From: Podarcis erhardii
Lineage: Eukaryota
Strand: one strand, 5' to 3'
NCBI GenBank assembly: GCA_964252035.1
Contig: OZ176215.1
DNA length: 64,000 nucleotides
Below, piece by piece: positions 46,998 to 58,780 of this stretch. Position 1 is the stretch's first letter, and every line of letters begins with the position of its first letter. The position numbers and the translations under genes are program-made. The notes below the pieces were generated by a model that saw nothing but the letters and a program-made list of their open reading frames with translations, searched no databases and was not told the origin of the DNA.

Positions 46998-47306
46998 CTG
47001 GGAGGTGTGGAAGGAGGGGGAAGGAGAAAGAAGGGAGGGGGAGAAATTGGGTTGGGGGAAACGGGGAAACCAAATAAGAAATTGGGTTGGGTGGGAAGAG
47101 GAGGAGGAGGAAAGGCGACAAGGGAGAAGGGAAGAAACAAACAGTCAGCACATTCTTGCAAAGCAACAAACTCTGTCCGGCTGTCTTCTTGGTTCCCCCA
47201 AACCCCCTGGCACAGCCAGCTCCTCGCCTGCCCCCAAGGAGATTGCAGGGACACCAAAAAGGAAGCAGAAACTACTCACAGATTTTTGTTTCTGGAATGC
47301 CACACA

Positions 47307-47310
<4 letters not shown>

Positions 47311-47362
<52 letters not shown>
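47311..47362. repeat. (CA)26 microsatellite; reads (UG)26 in the NCOR2 pre-mRNA
   Basis: Direct reading. Confidence 0.95.
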
Positions 47363-47365
<3 letters not shown>

Positions 47366-48232
47366 TAAAGGACTGAGGGCTGTGTGTACCAGTTTCACAT
47401 CCAGTGGGGAAACCTTGGGTTGTCTTCCAACTAAATTCTACTTAGATTGGACCCACTGAAATTAATGGACCTAAATTAGTCATAGTTTCAACAGATTGAA
47501 TCCAATCCCTTCAGACCCAGAGCAGTCCCAAGGAGGAAGGAATGCTTCCCCTGGTGCCTGCCCAGCAGCATGAGCTGAAGAAACATTAACACGTGGGCTC
47601 ATGCAAATCACCAGGGAACAGGGCATTTAACTGAGGCCATGACACAACAGGCTCTGTTTGCTCAAAGTGGAGGAATTTCAGTTGTGTGACATCACTGCTT
47701 CTGGACGCGCTTAAACACAGACCTGAGCAGCAGAAAGAGCAGTGTTAACCACATTCTCTCACAGCACAAGTGATGTTCACATGGGAGAAAATGCTCGGAG
47801 AGCAAATCGCTACAGACCTGCAAAAGGTTCTCCCAGGGACAGCATGCGAGCTAAGAACATTTCAGGCTGCGTTCCTGAGCATACTTGCTTGGAAATAAGC
47901 CTTGTTGAAAGGGGTGGAATGTTGTAACTTCCAGATGTCACCAAAAACACTTTTTTGCAGTTGAGTGTCAGTGAGATGCTGGATGTCCACAGACAACCAT
48001 ATTACACAGACCTCCGCTCCAGATGTGCAGGCAAGTTCACCTTCCTACTTGGGCAGCTTGGCATGGACAACCAGGAAAGCCAATCTCCTTGGGGTGGGGG
48101 GGGGTGGGCATCAATATGACAGTCTTCCTTCAAAAAATAATCTTGATCCAGATGAAAGGGGTGGAAATTTGAATATAAGGAATATAAGGAGTGGCTGGGG
48201 AAACTCAGCCAGATGGGCGGGGTATAAATAAT

Positions 48233-48241
48233 ATCTCTATC

Positions 48242-48286
<45 letters not shown>
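48233..48286. repeat. (ATCT)n tetranucleotide repeat at an L2 3' tail
   Basis: Follows gtggctggggaaactcagccagatgggcggggtataaataat, an L2 terminus. Confidence 0.85.
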
Positions 48287-48356
48287 AGATATAGATATTT
48301 CAAGTCAGATTTTTGTCAATTCCCTTTCCTCAAAGGATCCCCCTTGCCAACATCCT

Positions 48357-48489
48357 NNNNNNNNNNNNNNNNNNNNNNNNNNNNNNNNNNNNNNNNNNNN
48401 NNNNNNNNNNNNNNNNNNNNNNNNNNNNNNNNNNNNNNNNNNNNNNNNNNNNNNNNNNNNNNNNNNNNNNNNNNNNNNNNNNNNNNNNN
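48357..48489. other. Assembly gap (133 N)
   Basis: Run of N. Confidence 1.
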
Positions 48490-48954
48490 GTTATTATGTT
48501 TTACGTGTGCTAGTCTGATTGGTGGGGTATAAATAATAAAATTATTATTCTTCCTCTAAATTTATCCTTTCTAACCAAAAAGCAAACTTTGTCACTAGGA
48601 AAAGGAGGATGCCAAACAGAAGGAGGCAGGTGATGCCCAACTTCTGCGCCTCACAGGAGAAACTGCTGATATATAATCTGGAAGTGGATTATTGTCATCT
48701 TTTCCATCCTTAGTATACATAGGAATCATTGGGCTGTATCCAACTAAGTTATACGCCACGTTCATGAGTTCCAGTGCATCTAAGTGTCAGGAGGGCATAT
48801 ACTGGATACAACCCATTCCTTCTACTGTGCTGCTTGGATTTCCCAAAATCCAAACTCTGCCACCCAATCTTCATCCTTCTATCATGATTCCACTTTCTGA
48901 TGGTGGAGGCTGTGAGGACAAAAGGACGTCTATATGGGAGACAGGCTGAATAAA

Positions 48955-48957
<3 letters not shown>

Positions 48958-48995
<38 letters not shown>
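48958..48995. repeat. (GT)19 microsatellite; reads (AC)19 in the NCOR2 pre-mRNA
   Basis: Direct reading. Confidence 0.95.
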
Positions 48996-48996
<1 letters not shown>

Positions 48997-49529
48997 GGTA
49001 TTGCGATTGTGAGTCATTAGAAGCCATGCAGTTAAGGTGCGGCAATGCACAAAGACCAGAGGCGGCATTGTGGGTCAGTGGCTTGCTAACCATTCCCAGG
49101 GCAAGAGGAGCCAAAATAAATAAAACAAAACTTTTAAGAGAGACTGAGTGATATGGAAGAGGAAGAATGTTCTTTGTAGAGACATAAAACATTAAATTAA
49201 ATCCAGCCTATGATTTGCTCCCCACTCTGCCTTCCTGGGTTGACTTCCTCATTTCCACACAGGTGCCTTAATGGGAGTTCTTTGACAACCAGTCTCATAC
49301 AAAATGGCAAATGACGCTCCCTCCACCACTACTTCCACATGACTCTCTTCTGCTGTCTTGTACAGCTGTTCAGGAACATGGCTGCGTTATCAGGAGTCTG
49401 ACACTTTGCCCAATGAGACTGCATGGCTACATTTGCAATGCTTAAATTATCTGAAGACATTTGTGATCTGCAGAGTCCTGTGTGGAATGGGAGTGTCAGA
49501 CGCCGGATGGAGAGGAAGCACAGCTGTAC

Positions 49530-49583
49530 CTGTTCCAGTAATGGCCGGCATGTTGAAGATCTCTGTTCCAGGCTGCCCGACAT
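49530..49583 (-). CDS. NCOR2: NCOR2 exon 43
   Basis: ctccag|AT GTC...ACA G|gtacag; (N)VGQPGTEIFNMPAITGT; 54 nt. Confidence 0.95.
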
Positions 49584-50119
49584 CTGGAGGAGGGGGGAAA
49601 GAGAGAACTCAAGCACAAGTCACATTCCCAGGTAGGCTAATTATAGACTCAAACTCCTGTAAACTCCCAATCATTCCAACAGGAGGAGTTGCATAAAAGC
49701 CCAATACTTTTTATCTTGGAGAGCAAAGATGGAATTGGGTTTGTTGTCCTTGAACGTACAGAACACCTTGCCTAATACAAGGCACTACCCATTTTTCTTC
49801 ATTTCCCACCTCTATGGGGGAAACGCAAGCGAGAGGCTGCAGAACTCGCTGCCACTCCTTGAAGCAGCCATGATGATGCAGTTGGGATACTGGAGATATT
49901 AAGAGGAACATCGCTTAACTCTCTTGTCCAACACAATTGTTCTAAGAGTGGCTCGAATAAAATTGAACGTGCATTTTAGGATACATTAAAAAACAGATCA
50001 ATTTGTAGTTAATGAGCAGATGGGAAGCATTTCTAATACAAATTGTCCACTGTCACAGGGACTCCAGGAAGGGCTGAGCTCTTTAGAGGTTTGAAAGCAG
50101 CCACCTGGCTGAGTCAGAG

Positions 50120-50395
50120 GCCCCACCTGCACTATACATTGGAAGCCGGATCACATGACTTTCAACAGTCAAGACTCCTCCCAATGAATCCCGAGAACTG
50201 TAGTTTGCCCAGGGTGCCGAGTGATGTTAGGAAACCCTTGTCCCCCTCACAGAGTTGCATTTTCCAGAGTGAATCAATCCCTGTGGGGTCCTGTGAGGGC
50301 AATAGGGGTTGCCTAACAACTCTCAGCAGCCTTAACAAACTACAGTTCCCAGGATGCTTTGAGGGGAGTTGTAACTGTCTTAAGGTGCGGTTGGG
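50120..50395. mobile_element. PIF/Harbinger-like palindromic MITE (related fragments near 4600-4745 and 5300-5440)
   Basis: gaactgtagtttg...caaactacagttccc inverted structure; family assignment from memory. Confidence 0.55.
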
Positions 50396-50746
50396 CCAGA
50401 TTCAGGCAGGACTGACAGCACTCATTAGTTTATGACATTCTGAGCAAATGAAACCAGGGCTCCTCTATACCGCCACTTAATGTGGATACTAAGCTTCCCG
50501 TGACTCCATTGTGCCGTTCTCCCAGTCACTGCCTTCTCACACTTTCCTCTCCCTCAGTTTGGATTTTCTCATGCCAGGGATTCTCCGAAACAAAGAGGGC
50601 ATGGGAAAATCTGGACTGGGGGAAGGGAAAGTGTGGGAAGGCAGTGATTGGGAGGGTGGGTTATATTAACAACAGGGAATTAATGGGTGTATAAGAAGCT
50701 TACTATCCACATTAAACAACAGTATGGATGAGCCCTGAGTTCATAA

Positions 50747-50980
50747 GGGAGCAGGTGGCACTGTGGTCTAAACTGTGGTCTAAACTGTGGGCTTGCTGAT
50801 CAGAAGGTTGGCGGTTCGAATCTGTGTGACGGGGTGAGCTCCCATGGCTTTGTTCCAGCTTCTGCCAACCTAGCAGTTTGAAAGCATGCCAGTGCTCCCT
50901 TGGCCTGAAAGCGAGATGAGCACCGCACTTCATAGTCGCCTTTGACTGGGTTTAACCATCCAGGGGTCCTTTACCTTTAA
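50747..50980 (+). mobile_element. Sauria SINE, internally deleted
   Basis: gggagcaggtggcactgtgg...ggtcctttaccttta; includes a 12-bp tandem duplication ctgtggtctaaa. Confidence 0.8.
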
Positions 50981-51444
50981 TTAAGGCCACCCTTTTCTTC
51001 CGATCTGTTAACTGTTTTACCTGATTTTATTTTTATATTGTTGCAATCTACTTTGGGACCTTGTAGTGAAGGGTGGGCAAGAGATGTTGTTTGTCAATTA
51101 ATTTATTTGATTATATTTGAATAAACCTGCCTTTGTATTGAAGTAATTACCTTTTAATATTTTGATGCATGTGCCATGGCATTCCCTGTTCACTCTCACA
51201 CTCAAATATCCCTTCTAAAAATGACACTTGCAATATTCAACTTTTACATGTACATGCATAAAAATAATAAAAATAAGCTGACCAGTTCATCAGGGAAACT
51301 CTTTGGGTCAATCAGAATAGTTTAGCTGATTAAGTTTGATTAACTGACTGAACATTGCAGCCCCAACTGTAACCATCACTTCATTGCTCCTGCCCTGTCC
51401 CCACAGATAACAGGAATAAAATCCCAGCCCAGAGAAGTCCTTAC

Positions 51445-51590
51445 TGTACTCTGCCTCGCTCCTGCTGTTTGTGCTCAGTTTCTTGATTATCTCTTGCTTC
51501 TTGGACTTCACCATAGCAGAATTGCTCTCTGTCAGTTTGCTGAAGAAGGCTGGTGGTTGCACGTTGTTTCCTGGAGATTTGGAGCCCATC
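51445..51590 (-). CDS. NCOR2: NCOR2 exon 42
   Basis: tgcag|G ATG GGC...TAC A|gtaagg; MGSKSPGNNVQPPAFFSKLTESNSAMVKSKKQEIIKKL; 146 nt. Confidence 0.96.
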
Positions 51591-52210
51591 CTGCACAATT
51601 GAAAGCCCATCAAACTGATTTTGTTGGAATCTTGATACCATCATTTTTGGCCTAGAGAGCCCTGATCACAAAATGTATCCCAGGATTTCTCTCTAAAATA
51701 ACAAGTGGCCCAAGCTCCTAATCCACTAGCAGTTTCACGCTAAAAGTAATACATGTTCCTGGAAGGGGGTGATCTATCTGTTGAATAATTGTAGGAATGA
51801 TGTTGTGGAGAATGTGGCAAGATTTTTGAGTGACATCATGAAATTACATCACCAAAGGTCCTAGGAGCCACTTTTGCATCTCACAACGTCTGAACAGTTT
51901 TATCCTAAAGTACCTCCAACTATGTTTTGTCACCTGTGCTGTGTTCTGATCCATGTATATGACGTACTCTTACTACGCCAATAAGGGAGTTCGACTGATT
52001 GTTCCTGGAAGGGTAATGAGTACCCTCCAAAGGCTGCTCCCCACGTTCTCCAGCCTGCTGCTTTCCTCCTATGGAAAATGGCAATTCCGGTTTGCTCCAA
52101 TTTTAAGCTTAAGAATTTTTTAAGCTTAAGTTTTTAATGAGAGGGGAAAAGGGAAAACACTCAGACCTAGGCCTAGAAACCGTGGGTCAAGCAGAAAACT
52201 GCTGCCCCCC

Positions 52211-53234
52211 CCCCCCGAAGGAGACATATGTTGCCCCTGAAGAAAAGGAAGGAGGAGCTGTTATTTTGCAGATGTTAAAGGAGAGCTGTAATTTGAGGCC
52301 TGACATGATGGCAACAAAGCAAAACAAAAACCTGATGTGGAAAGTCGGGCCTGAATTGGAGAGTGGAAAATTGAGAGATCTTCTTATGTGGAGATCTGAA
52401 GACTGAAGGATTAGAAATTTGATCAAGGAAGTTGGAGCTTTGGGGACATTTGGACTTGAAAGGAGTATGAAACAAGATTTGGAGTACCCCATAGGCCTTA
52501 CTTTTAAGTATGGAGGTCTGGCTGGAAGAAACATGGATCCTGTTGGGCCGGAGCCTCTCCGAGATTTGGGGTTTAATATTAAGGACTATCAACCAGCAGA
52601 GAGGAACTGAGAGAGATTTAAGAGCCTCGGACGTGAGATCTCCAGGCTAAACAGTGTATCAAGTCTGATGGACACTTGTTGGGGACTGAAACCGGGAAGG
52701 GGGCGGGTGGAGTTTGGGAATCCAAAGGGTATACAATTATAATTTGTTCTGTTTTTATTCTTTTTTCGCTATTTGTATGAAAATGGGGAAAGCCGTGGAA
52801 GGGAAATTTTGGTCGACTTTAGGAAAAATATTTAAGAATGAGTGATGATGTATAAATATTGATGTTTAAGTTTGGATAACTTAAAATTGGTTTTTAAAAT
52901 GGTTCAAATTAAATGAAAATAAAGTTTGCAAAAATAAATTGAGAATATGGAAGAAAAGAGGAAAAGGGAAATAACAACATGCTAAAATAAATTATTAAGT
53001 TAAAGTTGAGAAGTAAGCAATAAGGACTTGCTGAGCTAAAAATTTAAATTGGAATACAAGAAGGGGAGGTGTGAGGAGGTCTGAGAAACAAGTTAAATGA
53101 AAATAAGTAACTGAAATTCTTTGTGTTTTTAATTGTTTGTAAGTTTTGGACTTTTGTATTTTTGTTATTTTTTGTTTATTTTTGTTTCTTGACTTCTTTT
53201 TAAAAATGCTAATAAATATTCATTAAAAAAAAAC
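52211..53234 (+). mobile_element. 5'-truncated, decayed relative of the 20470-23313 element, inserted antisense in NCOR2 intron 41
   Basis: 13-bp TSD actgctgcccccc (52198-52210, 53235-53247); AATAAA plus A tail; RGTERDLRASDVRSPG* motif and shared 3'UTR motif gaggtgtgagga(g/a)gtc. Confidence 0.8.
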
Positions 53235-53400
53235 ACTGCTGCCCCCCATGCTTTCTAGGCATGGGACAAGCGGAGGTGTGGATGAGCCCTAACACAAACA
53301 CACGTGCACACCTACCTAGCTCACTTATACACTGTTCCGCATGCACGGTACGCAATGCACACAGCTGGACTAGGTGAGCAAACATGCTGCCCCGTTAGCA

Positions 53401-53570
53401 GGGACAGAGCTCAGTGGAAGAGCACCTGCTCAATCCCCAGCATCCCCAGGTAGGGCTGGGAAAGACTCCTGGGCTGAAACCCCGGACAGCTGCTGCCAGT
53501 CAGGGTAGACAATACTGAGCTAGATGGACCCAATGGTCTTACTCCGTGTAAGGTAGTTTCCTATGCTTCC
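53401..53570 (+). mobile_element. Squam3-like tRNA-derived SINE, internally deleted
   Basis: gagctcagtggaagagcacctgct...gccagtcagggtagacaatactgagctagatgg. Confidence 0.75.
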
Positions 53571-53883
53571 CACAACCATGCCTAAGTATGCCACTGATCT
53601 AAAGAGATCCCATCTGTTTTCCCTAATCAATGCTGGATGCATTGAATGATTGGTTTCTGAAAGAGCTACGTGGCTTTAGAAGATGGTTTTAACCAAGCTG
53701 GGATGTCCAGCATTCAATGCACAATTGAAAATCCTGATTGCCCACCCACAGAGCTAGTGTTGTTTGGAAGAGAACGGCAAAAATCACTGGTTGCCCAGCA
53801 GGGAATACAAAATGGGTGGAGTGGGGAGGAGGGATCATCCTCCGAAAACTCCCGCTGGACAGCCCAGCTGCTGCCTCCATTAC

Positions 53884-54024
53884 CTCTGCTCCAGCTGTTC
53901 CCCTTCTCGATACAGGATGGGATATGTGGCATTTCGCACGTGATCGGCTTCTCCCACCCCATCTGGTGGAGAGACGGGCTCTATGCAGTTGTTCAGAGCA
54001 GGTGTTCTGATCTGCTCGGGAGAC
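53884..54024 (-). CDS. NCOR2: NCOR2 exon 41
   Basis: ctcag|G TCT CCC...CAG AG|gtaatg; SPEQ...IEPVSPPDG...YPILYREGEQLEQ; 141 nt. Confidence 0.94.
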
Positions 54025-55277
54025 CTGAGGAAGGAAGCAGCAGGACTGTGTGAACCACACGGCTCTCTTTTCCTTCTGACACAGAAGAGCTGGTGTAGGT
54101 GAAGGGGTGGGGCAGAAAACCCCAATTTTTAGAGTGGGCAGAAAAGTGACAGAACTGCACTGGAAGAAATGGACAATCGCTATGGGGAAGGCTGGGGAAA
54201 ACAACACCACCCCACTCCTGCAAGGTTTGAAACAGTCTGGGCTTTCGTCTCCATATCCTATTGCGATTCCCTTATGTTGAAACTGGACACTACTATACAG
54301 TATGAGTGTGATTGTGGCGATTGGCGCTCTCAATCAAAGCTTGCAAAATGATTTCTGGGGAGAGAAGGGGGAAAGAAAGAATAACGCCAGTTCTAATTAC
54401 TGCTAGTCTAAAACAGACAAGAGCTTCTATTGCATCAGAATATAAACTGTAGCTCCAAGTCCTGCAACTGCTGGGCCTTTTGAATGAGGTGCTCCCTAAA
54501 TTGCTGGCTGGTGCCTCTCACTGGAGCAACACTCAGAGGGCATTCTCCAGTCCGTGGCATCTGTGCACAGAGTTCGTAAGAGGAAGGCATGCAGATGGCA
54601 TTCTCAGTTGTTGCTCCACATCTGTGGAACTCCCTCACTGTTGAGATTTGGTACAAGAGGAAGGGCTGCAGCTTTGCACACAGGCATCCCAGGTCCAGTC
54701 CCCGACACCTCCAGAGGACTGCCTGAAATCTCGGAGAGCCACTGCCGGTCAAGTTAGGTTCCACAGACTCCGCATTAGCAGCTTCCTGTGCTCCTATGAA
54801 ACTTGCCTTGGGCGTGTATGGAAGGCAAGGAGGATGATTCAGCTTGAAGGATCCCAATAAAGTCCCTTCTCTATCATTCACAGATTGGGAGGGGGCCGGC
54901 CTTACTGGACTGCGATTTGCAGAGCTAGAATCCCGCAGACAGGAATTGCATCCAGCTTCCTTTGCTCCTGGGGTAGGAGGAGGTGAGGAGATGTGTGGCA
55001 GCTCATGGATATTGCCTCTCCCAAGGTCCCCAGTTTCACTGACGATACCTGTGCTCCTTTGGGTTTGGATTCTATATCTGCCTGAGCTTTGGACACAATC
55101 TCCCTGATCTTAAACCCCATTTGCTTCAGTGGAACCCTGTGCCTTCCCCTCTCGCCCCAGCAAAGGGACTTTCAACTCTGTAACTTTGGCTGGAACACAC
55201 CAGTAGTATCAGAATGGGGAGAGAGAGAAATGCAAGCAACAGGCAATGGCAAAGAGACAGGGACGAAGTGGGCTCAC

Positions 55278-55483
55278 CTCTTGCTTTCTTCACTTTCGGG
55301 GGAGATTCTTGAAGCAGGGATGTGCTCCATTTGCTGCTGCTGCTGCTGCTGTTGCTGCATGTAAGCCTCACTAGGAGTTCGCCGAAGATCCAGCACAGAC
55401 CCTGGGAAGGGGTACATAGGGGTCTGGATGTGGGAGTTCAGCTGCTGGGGATGATGGCGCGTATAGTCTTGGGTGATAACCTC
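55278..55483 (-). CDS. NCOR2: NCOR2 exon 40 (second half of CoRNR box ID2; contains Q9)
   Basis: tgcag|GAG GTT ATC...AAG AG|gtgagc; EVITQDYTRHHPQQL...VLDLRRTP; 206 nt. Confidence 0.95.
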
Positions 55484-57128
55484 CTGCAAGAAGAGAACAC
55501 AGCTCTGCTTTTGTCTTCAGATCATTCCTTGTGTGCTCCAAGCAGCCTGCTTATGAGAGAGGCTGAGCATGCAGGGGGCATGCGAGTGCTCCCGCTCCAA
55601 GGCGCTGTGAGCCCCAATTGTGTGGAGGGTGTGCTGCAATCTGGCCCATGCAGGTGCTGGAAGGGGTTCTATGCATTTCCCCCCCCCTCTCTTTTCTGGG
55701 GGCAGGAACTCAGAGGGCTGCAGGGTTGCAGAGCCAGAAGAGATTCCTCACCAAAAATGTAGTAGGGAAAACCAGATCTCTTATCTGGGGAAGAATGGAT
55801 CACTCTTGGGCAGCCCTTTCCAAACTTGCACTTTCCTCAATGAAAGCCTGTGTGCCCACAGTGGAACAATGTCTGGACTTTGGAGTGTGCTCCAGGGTAG
55901 GGTTTATCAGCTTGAGGCCTAGGGGCCAAATGTGGCCCTCCAACCCTCTATCTGGCCCTCGGGACTTTCCCCAGATTGCACACACCTAGGCCACACCCCT
56001 CAAATCCCATTGGTCTGGCTGGGATGCATCACGGGAGGCTGCCCAGAAGGGAATGGTTCTAAGGTTGAATGCTCTTGTGCCCACTTGGGCCTTGGCACTG
56101 CCCTGTGTGGACCGAGAGGGCACAGCAGAACAGAGCTAGCTCCCTGCTTGCAGCTGTGCGTGGCAGGCAAAGATCAGCTGCAATGGTGAGCAAGGCTGGC
56201 TGTCAAGGAAACTTGCCTGCCATTCCAGAGCTGCTCACCAAGGAACCCCTGAGCAACTTCCAGGGAGCTCCAGGGCTCACCAAAACACACAGGAGGACAT
56301 TTTCAATTCACGAACAAAGACACTGGCAGCACCCACACTTTGGAACTCCCTGCCTAAAAGGACATCAAGAGGCACCTTCGTTTCGGAGCCCGCTAAACAT
56401 CAGGAAAAGCTTTCTGTCAGTAAGAGCTGTTTGACAGTGGTACCATCTCCCTCGGGAGATGGCGAACTCTCCTTCCTCGGAGATGCTTTAGCTGAGAGTC
56501 CTGCCTTGCAGGGAGTTGGGCTGGAGGACCCTCAAGTCCCTTCCAGCTCTCTGATTCTAACCTTCATTGTTTAGCCGAGTCTACCCAGGTGCTTAGAAAG
56601 TTGAGGTAACTTCAACCTGTTTTAGTATTATAACTTTAAAGCAGGGTTGTAATTTTTTCTCGATTTTACTGTTTTATCATTTTGTAAACTGCTTTGAGGT
56701 TTTTCACAATCAAGTGGTGTATAAATTTTATGAAATAATAAGTAAATAAATTCACATTTTTGCCAGTCGAGTCAGTTATTTTATGTTGTTAGCTGGTCCT
56801 ACATAATGCACTACAACTGCAGGGCAGTTAATACTTTGAATGAAAATGTTTTATCTGGACGAGTCAGCCATGCCGTAACCTCCAAGTCATTTATTCTGAG
56901 CTTAAAAGCAGAGACAAAGTCTGCTCCATGGATGAGTCTTGGAAGGGGCTGCATGGATCATTCCTTCCAATAGAAAATGACTGTGCTTACAGGAGCTCTG
57001 CTTAAACCTAGCCCGGGACTGCGAGGCTTTGTGTGCTATGGACTCTTTCCAAACAAGCACGGCTTTAGCACTCCCCGTCCAAGCCTGTGCAACATCGGCT
57101 GGGAAGCTAAGTGACTAATGCTAATTAC

Positions 57129-57277
57129 ATTGATATGCTGAGCCAACGTGACGACCCGCTGGTGGCCTTTGGCGCTCTGCGACCCTTGGAATGGCTGGCT
57201 CGGAGACTGCCGATCTTCAGGGAGCAGGTGGAGCTGCTGTATCTGTGAGATTTCTGCTGCAGAAGGCTTAAGAGAAC
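57129..57277 (-). CDS. NCOR2: NCOR2 exon 39 (first half of CoRNR box ID2)
   Basis: catag|GT TCT...ATC AAT|gtaatt; ...KGHQRVVTLAQHIN; 149 nt. Confidence 0.94.
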
Positions 57278-57785
57278 CTATGAAGAAAGAGAAAGATGGG
57301 CAGAGCAGCCCAGGAGGAGTTAAGACACCTGAAATTCATCTTGGTCAGATGCTTGCTGCTTCTTTTAAAATTCACACAGGCCATCCATTTCCAGTGCTCT
57401 CACCTTTCCTTTAAGTCAAGAGAAATAATGCCTTACGTATAAAGCAAGCAAAGGCCGACAGGCAAAAACGGAACGACAAGAGCCAGTGGTGACATGTCAA
57501 ACATTTTAGAGGTGACAATTTGATCTGAAGATTGCAAGCACTAGTAAAATCAATGCCACGAGCTGACTAGCAGAGATAGTCAACATGGTGCCCTTCAAAT
57601 GGTGTGGACTCCAAATCTCATCAGCCAACATGTCCGCTGGTCAGGAGTGCTGAGAATTTTAGTCCAGAGCACCTGGAGAATGTCAGGTTGGCTTGTTCCT
57701 GCTATTGGTTGTGCTTTTGGGCAAAGAGGTGATGCAACCAATGTTCACTAGGTGTATGGTGGCCCTTTCCAGGAAGTCCCCTCAC

Positions 57786-57932
57786 CTGGCTGCTTCAGCC
57801 GCGGGTCGTGCTCCGCCCCACGCCCTTTCTCAGCCTCCTGGGATGGCTTTGCCCCTTTCTCATGGAGCGTGCTGGGTGAGCTCACGGGACTTATTGCTTC
57901 TATGCCATCAGGGCTGTAGCTTCCCTGGAAAC
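57786..57932 (-). CDS. NCOR2: NCOR2 exon 38
   Basis: tccag|GT TTC...CCA G|gtgagg; FQGSYSPDGIEAISPVSSPS...KQP; 147 nt. Confidence 0.93.
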
Positions 57933-58559
57933 CTGGAAGGCATGAAAGAGAGCAAAGGGTCTTTTAAAATGGCAACAACACTCTTTCCTTCTAAGCACCA
58001 ATGCAGCAGTCGCAAAGGATTCACGCTGTATTTAACAGAGGGGTGGACAAAAGAAACCCTTAAAAGACTTTCCTGACAGCCATAAAAACCTACAGCTGGT
58101 TTCCATCCCTGCTTGGCACCTGGTGGTTCAAAGCAATTTGTCTCTGTGTTCTCAACTTGGTGGCACTTACTGATGGGGAAGGAAGGTGAGGAAAGGGGCA
58201 CAGGGGGCAAATGCCCCGGCTTCTTAGTGCTTCTTTCCTGAACAGAAAGCCAGAGGCTGACACACCAGGAAGCCAAACTAAGTAGAGAAGCTGTAGGTAT
58301 AACATGTGGCTGCTCTCAAAGCAAAATGCAACTTAAAGAGAGATAATAATCAAATCTCACAGAATCTAGTTGGAAGCAGGGAGCCTGGGGGTCACCCAAT
58401 CCAACCCCCTGCAACGCAAGTGAATTTTCTGTCACCTGTGGAAGCATCTGCATCCTTACATCTCAAAGGGCTTTACTACCTAGATCTTCCTACTTACAGC
58501 TTTGGCTTTCCATCAGATTTAGTTGGGTGCCAAGCTGTGCCCATATATAAATAAACTGG

Positions 58560-58780
58560 ACCTGGCTGCTGCCATTCATGCCCTAGCTACACCCAAGCCG
58601 GATTATTACGGAAGTTTTTACTTGGAGCTGCAATTGAGAAGTGCCTGGGAGCTTCAGCTGGTTCATAACACAGCAGCCAGAGTGATGCCTGGCATGAGCT
58701 GGTATGATCATATTACCCCAGTGGTACTTTCAGCTCAAAAGCTTGCCAAATCACTTCTAGGCTCAATTCAGAAGGAACCT
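58560..58780 (+). mobile_element. L2 LINE ORF2 C-terminal fragment
   Basis: IHALATPKPDYY...LQLVHNTAARV...DHITPV, the decayed L2 motif. Confidence 0.7.

Noticed and set aside
46600-47459. Long ORFs (189, 150 and 123 aa) around exon 44 and the CA repeat
   Set aside because: They are read-through of the NCOR2 exon into the stop-poor purine/pyrimidine tract and microsatellite, not separate genes.
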